DNA from: Candidatus Woesearchaeota archaeon
GTDB lineage: Archaea; Nanobdellota; Nanobdellia; Woesearchaeales; GW2011-AR9
Assembly (NCBI GenBank): GCA_018696595.1
Contig: JABHQW010000008.1
Span: 160,001-224,000 of the forward strand
Reading direction: 5' to 3'
DNA: 64,000 nt
This document shows, one piece after another, positions 58,662-64,000 of the stretch. How positions within the stretch are numbered: position 1 is the first letter of the stretch; every line of letters begins with the position of its first letter. Made by a program: the position numbers and the translations under genes. The notes beneath the pieces were generated by a model. That model saw only the letters and a list, made by a program, of their open reading frames with translations, was not told where the DNA came from and made no database searches.

Positions 58662-59561
58662 ATGAAAGTATTTCCATTTATTAAGATTGAAAAGAAGAAT
58701 TATCCTACAGTAATTATGGGTGAAGACCACTTTACTGGTTGGTTTAAGAAGTGTAAACCATACAACTCTGAAAAAGAAAGAGAAGAAGATTATAAAATTA
58801 CTCTTGAAACTGCTTATTCTAAAGGCGTAAGAGGGTTTAGTATGTCTCCCCACTTGGGATTAATCAAAATTCTCAAACAATTTAAACAAAAACATCCAGA
58901 AATTGTTTGTATCTCCAATCATCATTGGAAATCTAGTTATTATGTTGGAAAAGAATCATTGTGGGAAGAAAAAAACATGAAAAAACTTGTTAATTTCGCT
59001 GCATCTAAGGTAGATAAAGAAATGTTGAACAAATACTATTGGTTCAAAAACAATGATCATGATTTTTTTTCTAAAAAGGAAATTAATCAGTTCAGGTTAG
59101 ACGAAAAAGAATATAAGGTTCAATTGAAACAGTTTAAAGGTTTTTGTGATTTTTGTCTTGTTGGCAACTTAGGAATTAGCTCTTTGATTTTACACAAAAG
59201 AACAGATATTATCAAAAGAGAAATTGAGTTAGCTAGAAAAGAAGGATTAATTCCCTTATTAATGTGCGAAGGAGGGGGGCTTGCATTACCTGCTGCGGAG
59301 AATTTAGATGTTGCGGGAAGTTGGTTATGTATTAATCAATCTTGTGTATTTCCAAATTTTGAGGTTACTTTAGAAACTATCAAGAAATCAACCAAGCCAA
59401 TTACAGCATATAAAATATTAACTAATCCAGAAGGTTTTAATTTAAAAAAATCAATCTCTTTCATAAAAAATATTAAACAAATTAAATCAATAGTTATTGG
59501 TGTAGATGGAAAGAAACAAGCAGAAGAAACGTTTACTGGGCTAAGAGATTATTGGCAGTAA
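58662..59561 (+). CDS. hypothetical protein, aldo/keto-reductase-like TIM barrel
   Basis: VIMGEDHFTG, AYSKGVRG, KPITAYKIL, IKSIVIGVDGKKQAEETF resemble AKR-fold start and end motifs. Confidence 0.5.
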   Translation: MKVFPFIKIEKKNYPTVIMGEDHFTGWFKKCKPYNSEKEREEDYKITLETAYSKGVRGFSMSPHLGLIKILKQFKQKHPEIVCISNHHWKSSYYVGKESLWEEKNMKKLVNFAASKVDKEMLNKYYWFKNNDHDFFSKKEINQFRLDEKEYKVQLKQFKGFCDFCLVGNLGISSLILHKRTDIIKREIELARKEGLIPLLMCEGGGLALPAAENLDVAGSWLCINQSCVFPNFEVTLETIKKSTKPITAYKILTNPEGFNLKKSISFIKNIKQIKSIVIGVDGKKQAEETFTGLRDYWQ

Positions 59562-59600
59562 ACTTTTTTTAGTAAATTATATATGATCAGAAAGAATAAT

Positions 59601-60656
59601 TTAATTAATATTTCTCTTCAATCTTTGAATTAAAGAAAGTTTAATCTTCCTAAGTTCGGATTTATTTAACGTTACTCTTTCTGTTTTAGCTTCATAAACC
59701 TTAGAAAACAGTTTAGCTAATTTTTTCTTTTCAAACGGAGCACCAGGACAAATATAATCTAAACATAAAGAAATTTTTGCTGGTTTGTATTTTTCATTTA
59801 ATTCTGAACAAACTCTTTTTACAGTATTACCATTAAATAAATTATTATCAATAATAAGAATCTTCTTTCCAGCAATTTGTCTAAGACTGCTAATCTCTTT
59901 AAAACTCAAATCGTTTTCCGTTTTTGCATGTTTACCATGAATTCTTCCACATTTGACATATTTAATCTTATTCTTAGAAAAATCTAATAATTCAAACAGT
60001 AAAGTTTGTGTTAAACCACCTCTTAAAATACAAATAATATAATTATAATCTTTTTTAGAAATGATTGATTGGGTTGAAGAAAGAATATAACTGGGAAATC
60101 CTTTTAATCTATGATCACGATGAAACTGATCTACAAAACTTTTCAAATCATTTTTGAAATATTTATGGAACTTTTTTTTGTAATTAATAAAAGTGTACTT
60201 GGCCAACAATAAGATTAATTCTTTATCTAGAGAATCTAACTTAGCTAATACTTTCTTTTTATATTCTGTTCTTAAATATTCAATTTTATTTCTGAGAAAC
60301 AAAAGATTAATAAAAATAGCCATCGCTAACTTTTTATCTTTTTTTTTAATATATTTCTTAGAATTTTTAATATGGTGTTTCAAGTAAAGGTTAATCTCAG
60401 AAAATTGATAATTATATCTTAACCATTCTTTTTCATCTTTATTAAATTTTTTATAATTGGAAATTATATTTTTACATAAATCATAAAGATAAATTAAATC
60501 TTTTTTTTGGAATGTTTTGTACTTTAATAATTTACTAATTTTTTCTTGCTTTATATTTATTTTATTTTCTAAAATTAACTTTAATTTGTTGTTATTGTGG
60601 GTCTTGTTTATTTGTTCAATACTTACAACAATTTCTTTAATTTCTTTTAACATCAT
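59601..60656 (-). CDS. helical N-domain fused to a type I phosphoribosyltransferase-like domain
   Basis: IICILRGG and PRPP-loop-like KILIIDNNLFNGNTV (canonical hhhhDDhhxTGxT). Confidence 0.6.
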   Translation of the reverse strand: MMLKEIKEIVVSIEQINKTHNNNKLKLILENKINIKQEKISKLLKYKTFQKKDLIYLYDLCKNIISNYKKFNKDEKEWLRYNYQFSEINLYLKHHIKNSKKYIKKKDKKLAMAIFINLLFLRNKIEYLRTEYKKKVLAKLDSLDKELILLLAKYTFINYKKKFHKYFKNDLKSFVDQFHRDHRLKGFPSYILSSTQSIISKKDYNYIICILRGGLTQTLLFELLDFSKNKIKYVKCGRIHGKHAKTENDLSFKEISSLRQIAGKKILIIDNNLFNGNTVKRVCSELNEKYKPAKISLCLDYICPGAPFEKKKLAKLFSKVYEAKTERVTLNKSELRKIKLSLIQRLKRNIN

Positions 60657-60734
60657 TTAAAATAAATTCAAAGTAATATATAAAACTTAACTTTCATCAA
60701 AAGACTTAAAAGGAATAACATAAACTTAATTAAG

Positions 60735-62117
60735 ATGAGTTTAATTAATACTTCGGAGTCTCAAAACGAAAAAAGACCTTTAAAACGTGCAATGTCTGGT
60801 TTTGAAGTTGAAATGCATATTCTTAATTCTGATGGTAGTATGAGTTACAAAGGATTTGAATTAACACAAAAAGTTAAAGAAAAATATCCTGAAGTGGATG
60901 TTGTTAAGGAATGTGGAAAAAATATGTTAGAACTAGGATGTTATCCTTGTGTCAATTCTTATAACCCGGCTTTAGAAATGATTGATTCTATTGAAAAGGT
61001 TATTGAAGTTGCTAAAGAAAATAATTTGATTGTATTCCCTTTTAGTACTTATCCTGGCCATATAAAAACAAAGTTCACCCCAGATATTACTGGAAAATAT
61101 AAAATCCAAGAAAAAATATTTGGAAAAGAAAAATTTAGCCTAGCTACAAAAGTGGTGGGATTTCATCATCATTATGCATTTCCTAAAGGGGTTTTTGACA
61201 ACAATAAAAAAGAATTAAAATTATTGATTGATAGTAAACTGAAAAGAAGTCTTATCAACAGTTATAATTTTGAAATTGCAATTGATCCCATTCTTACACT
61301 TTTAACCCAATCTTCTCCTTTTTTTGAGGGAAAAGTATTTGCAAAAAATTCTAGAATTGTGGTTTATCGGGGAGGAAAGAAATTAGACCATCCTGGCTTT
61401 TATGATGAGTGTCAAATTATGGGCGCACTTCCCCCTTACAAACAAACCGAAACAGATTTACTGAGCAGTCTTAAACTTAAGGAAAGAAAATGGGAGAAGT
61501 TGATCAAAAAAGTTAATCCCAACATAAATTTTCGAGAATTATATCCTTATAGTTTAGATATCTCTTGGAATCCTGTTAAAATAAACAAACATGGGACTTT
61601 AGAACAGAGAGGATTAGATGTAAATTATATGAGTACTATGTTTGCAGTCTCTGCGTTAATTAAATTTACACTTAAAAAAATTCAACGTGATTTTATTGAA
61701 GTAATACCTGCAGACTTAGGCATATCAGACTCCTTCAAAATCAGAAAAGGGATTATGTTTATTCCACCTCATACTTATGTTAGAAAGAAATTACAAAAGG
61801 CAAGCGCATACGAAGGTTTTGCAAATAAAGAACTTTATGAGTATACTAAAAGATTTTTCAGACTTGCCAAATCTCTTGCTCCAAAATATTACTTGCCTTT
61901 GATAAAAAAAATAGAAATAATGATAAAGAAAAAACGTTCTTTGTCTGATGAAATGTTAACTTTGGCGAAACGTAAAGGGTGGGTTGATAAAAAAGGAAAA
62001 ATTTCTTATAAACATGCAAAGGAGTTTGGATGTTATTATTCTGAAAAGTTCGAAAAAGATCTTATTGAAACTAAACAAATTGTAACAAAAATCATGGAAG
62101 AACATAAGAAAATATAA
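60735..62117 (+). CDS. glutamate--cysteine ligase (GCS2/YbdK) family carboxylate-amine ligase
   Basis: GFEVEMHIL, KECGKNMLELG, GFHHHY, SSPFFEG, HGTLEQRGLD. Confidence 0.75.
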   Translation: MSLINTSESQNEKRPLKRAMSGFEVEMHILNSDGSMSYKGFELTQKVKEKYPEVDVVKECGKNMLELGCYPCVNSYNPALEMIDSIEKVIEVAKENNLIVFPFSTYPGHIKTKFTPDITGKYKIQEKIFGKEKFSLATKVVGFHHHYAFPKGVFDNNKKELKLLIDSKLKRSLINSYNFEIAIDPILTLLTQSSPFFEGKVFAKNSRIVVYRGGKKLDHPGFYDECQIMGALPPYKQTETDLLSSLKLKERKWEKLIKKVNPNINFRELYPYSLDISWNPVKINKHGTLEQRGLDVNYMSTMFAVSALIKFTLKKIQRDFIEVIPADLGISDSFKIRKGIMFIPPHTYVRKKLQKASAYEGFANKELYEYTKRFFRLAKSLAPKYYLPLIKKIEIMIKKKRSLSDEMLTLAKRKGWVDKKGKISYKHAKEFGCYYSEKFEKDLIETKQIVTKIMEEHKKI

Positions 62118-62201
62118 TCTTTTTACTTCTCCCGTCCAAAACGTTTATATACCTTTAAGTAATTATTAAGGTATCATATTTAAAAAAGAGGTGAAAATAA
62201 A

Positions 62202-62429
62202 ATGGCAGGTTTAGAATTAGCTGAAGTGATTCTTGCAGTGATTATTGGAACATTAGCAGCAATCGTTTATTCACTAAGAGTGTTAATACTTTTAGAGAGA
62301 AGAGTTGCGTCAATGGAAATGAATATCCAAAAAATGACTAGTAGGGTTCTCAAAGAAGAAATGGTTATCGAAAGAATAATCAAGAAGAAAAGAGCTTCTC
62401 CAAAAAAATCTAGAAAGAGAAAAAGATAA
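62202..62429 (+). CDS. small single-pass membrane protein with coiled coil and basic tail
   Basis: GAGGTG RBS; LAVIIGTLAAIVYSLRVLILLERR. Confidence 0.7.
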   Translation: MAGLELAEVILAVIIGTLAAIVYSLRVLILLERRVASMEMNIQKMTSRVLKEEMVIERIIKKKRASPKKSRKRKR

Positions 62430-62431
62430 AT

Positions 62432-63208
62432 TTATTTTTTCTTTTTATTAACTTTCTTTTTAATTGTTTTTTTAACTGTTTTTTTTTTAGCAACAGTTTT
62501 TTTCTTACCTCTTAAAGAGGTACCAGAAATCTTAGATTTCTTAGTAATAACTTTCTTTTTAATTGGTTTCTTTTTAGTTACTTTTTTCTTAGTAACTGGT
62601 TTCTTTTTTATTGTCTTTTTCTTTACGACCTTCTTCTTAACAACTTTCTTTTTTGCTTCTTTTTTCTTTTCTTTAATTATGACTCTTTTAACATCGCGTT
62701 GTTCTTTTTTCAGATCTTCTTCAATCTTTTCAATTACTTTCTTAATTTTAGCAATATTAGCTTCATTACTAGTATCTTGAGTAATCAGTTCACCACATTC
62801 AGGACAATGGAATTCAAAGTCCATTCCTTGATCAAAATTTAATCTTACACAATCGTTCGGACAAATAAAGAATAGCTCTTTTTCTTCTTCTAACATCTTT
62901 TCATTTAATCTTACTAATTGTTCTCTTTTCCTTTTGAAGTAAATGAATCTGATACTTTCAGGAATAAGAGTCCAATAATAAATGTACCAACCTTTTTCTT
63001 TGTCTTTTTTACGATTAAACCCGACTAAATTATTATTATAAAGAAGATAAAGCATTTTTCTAACAATCTTAATGTCATATTTGGTTCTTTTAGCTAAATC
63101 AAACTCAGAAACATTTTCTTTTCCATAGAGCTCTTTAATCAAAAGTAATCCTTCTTCTCCAAGAATTGGTAAAGTGATCTCTTCAATCTTATTTTGAGTT
63201 AAACGCAT
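62432..63208 (-). CDS. tfe: transcription factor E (TFE-alpha) with Lys-rich C-terminal extension (start trimmed from 63256)
   Basis: SEFDLAKRT...IVRKMLYLLYNNNLV...KGWYIYYW; FICPNDC...AMD-like GMDFEFHCPECGE zinc ribbon. Confidence 0.9.
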   Translation of the reverse strand: MRLTQNKIEEITLPILGEEGLLLIKELYGKENVSEFDLAKRTKYDIKIVRKMLYLLYNNNLVGFNRKKDKEKGWYIYYWTLIPESIRFIYFKRKREQLVRLNEKMLEEEKELFFICPNDCVRLNFDQGMDFEFHCPECGELITQDTSNEANIAKIKKVIEKIEEDLKKEQRDVKRVIIKEKKKEAKKKVVKKKVVKKKTIKKKPVTKKKVTKKKPIKKKVITKKSKISGTSLRGKKKTVAKKKTVKKTIKKKVNKKKK

Positions 63209-63233
63209 AGTCTTATATTGGTATTTGTCCCTT

Positions 63234-63647
63234 TTAAACCTTTCGGTTTTCATCACTATTTTGCAGTAATTCCTCTTTAGTTAAGCCTCTAATCTTGGCT
63301 TTTTCCAAAGAAGCGAGCCAACATTTGCCTGTATTCTCTAAGTCTTCTAACATTAAGAAATACCAATCGTGATCGGGGAATTTAATTGCGGCCCAAGCTT
63401 CTGCACCAAAATTATTAGAAAATGTTCTTAGTTGTTCTATTTCTGAGCCCGAGAAGTACTTTTTTTTATCTTTGGTAACTTTACATTCAATTGCTAATCT
63501 TCTGATAGCGTTCCCCGCAAGAATGTCTGGAGAGGGATATTGAGAAGATCCACTGCCTGCTGCCCTGATGCAACTGAATTCATTTTCATTGAAGAATTTA
63601 ACTAGTTCTCTTTCTCCTTTACTACCTTTGGCCTTACGATTTTTCAT
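63234..63647 (-). CDS. hjc: archaeal Holliday junction resolvase
   Basis: KGSKGERELV, RAAGSGS, SPDILAG, AIECKVT (PD-(D/E)xK). Confidence 0.93.
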   Translation of the reverse strand: MKNRKAKGSKGERELVKFFNENEFSCIRAAGSGSSQYPSPDILAGNAIRRLAIECKVTKDKKKYFSGSEIEQLRTFSNNFGAEAWAAIKFPDHDWYFLMLEDLENTGKCWLASLEKAKIRGLTKEELLQNSDENRKV

Positions 63648-64000
63648 ACCCGAACCTTCATAAAATCTTCAGCAACAATAGTTTCATCAAAATGATCACG
63701 AGCTTCTTTAACAATCTCCGCAGTACTTTTATACCTGGGACTAATATGAGTAATAATTAATTTCTTAGCATTATTTTCAGAAGCAATTAAAGCAGCATCC
63801 TTAATTGTTAAGTGCATATATTTCCTTGTTTTTTCTTTAATATCACTAAGATGTGTTCCTTCAGAAATTAATAAATCTGCATTCTTGGCTAGTTTGTTTG
63901 CACCATTACAAGGTAATGTGTCAGCAACGTAACTAATTTTTTTCTCTTCTACCAAATAAGTTACATCTTTAGATTTAATTTTCTTGCCGTTATGAATTAC
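63644..64000 (-). CDS. rnz: ribonuclease Z, C-terminal part (5' end outside the window)
   Basis: ISYVADT, ADLLISEGT, HLTIKDAA, LIITHISPRY, VAEDF; frame stays open to base 64000. Confidence 0.9.
   Translation of the reverse strand, partial: VIHNGKKIKSKDVTYLVEEKKISYVADTLPCNGANKLAKNADLLISEGTHLSDIKEKTRKYMHLTIKDAALIASENNAKKLIITHISPRYKSTAEIVKEARDHFDETIVAEDFMKVRV

Noticed and set aside
1-64000. tRNA, rRNA, RNase P RNA, transposase, integrase or cas genes
   Set aside because: No GC-rich structured segment, T-loop motif or corresponding protein motif found by eye; a tRNAscan-SE/Infernal run would be needed to exclude them formally

Overview
AT-rich archaeal chromosomal segment, most consistent with a DPANN lineage (Woesearchaeota-like; this is inferred from gene content and style, not a database hit). 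It has three parts. (1) 1-15 kb: housekeeping genes (Rpp21, PpsA, TRAM, RadA, RPA, ArsB/NhaD-type transporter) plus a small surface-protein operon at 1717-6645. (2) 15.2-42.5 kb: an unbroken minus-strand run of 20 exported-protein genes. Sixteen carry clear class III (type IV pilin-like) signal peptides, including two 40-50 aa mini-pilins missed by the ORF track. The run also holds Cys-rich giant surface proteins of 2160, 1821 and 1092 aa that share unnamed domains with each other and with the 1717-6645 operon. No assembly ATPase, TadC or prepilin peptidase is present in the window. (3) 42.6-64 kb: an information-processing core (Rpp30, TtuA/Ncs6, degenerate ThiI, TBP, MCM, RPA32-like, Cdc6/Orc1, PolD DP1/DP2, aIF2-beta, TFE, Hjc, partial RNase Z). 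It surrounds a 1.3-kb replication origin with ORB-like boxes in inverted orientation around an AT-rich unwinding element; a matching mini-ORB lies upstream of tbp. I found no rRNA, tRNA, CRISPR array, transposase or intein.
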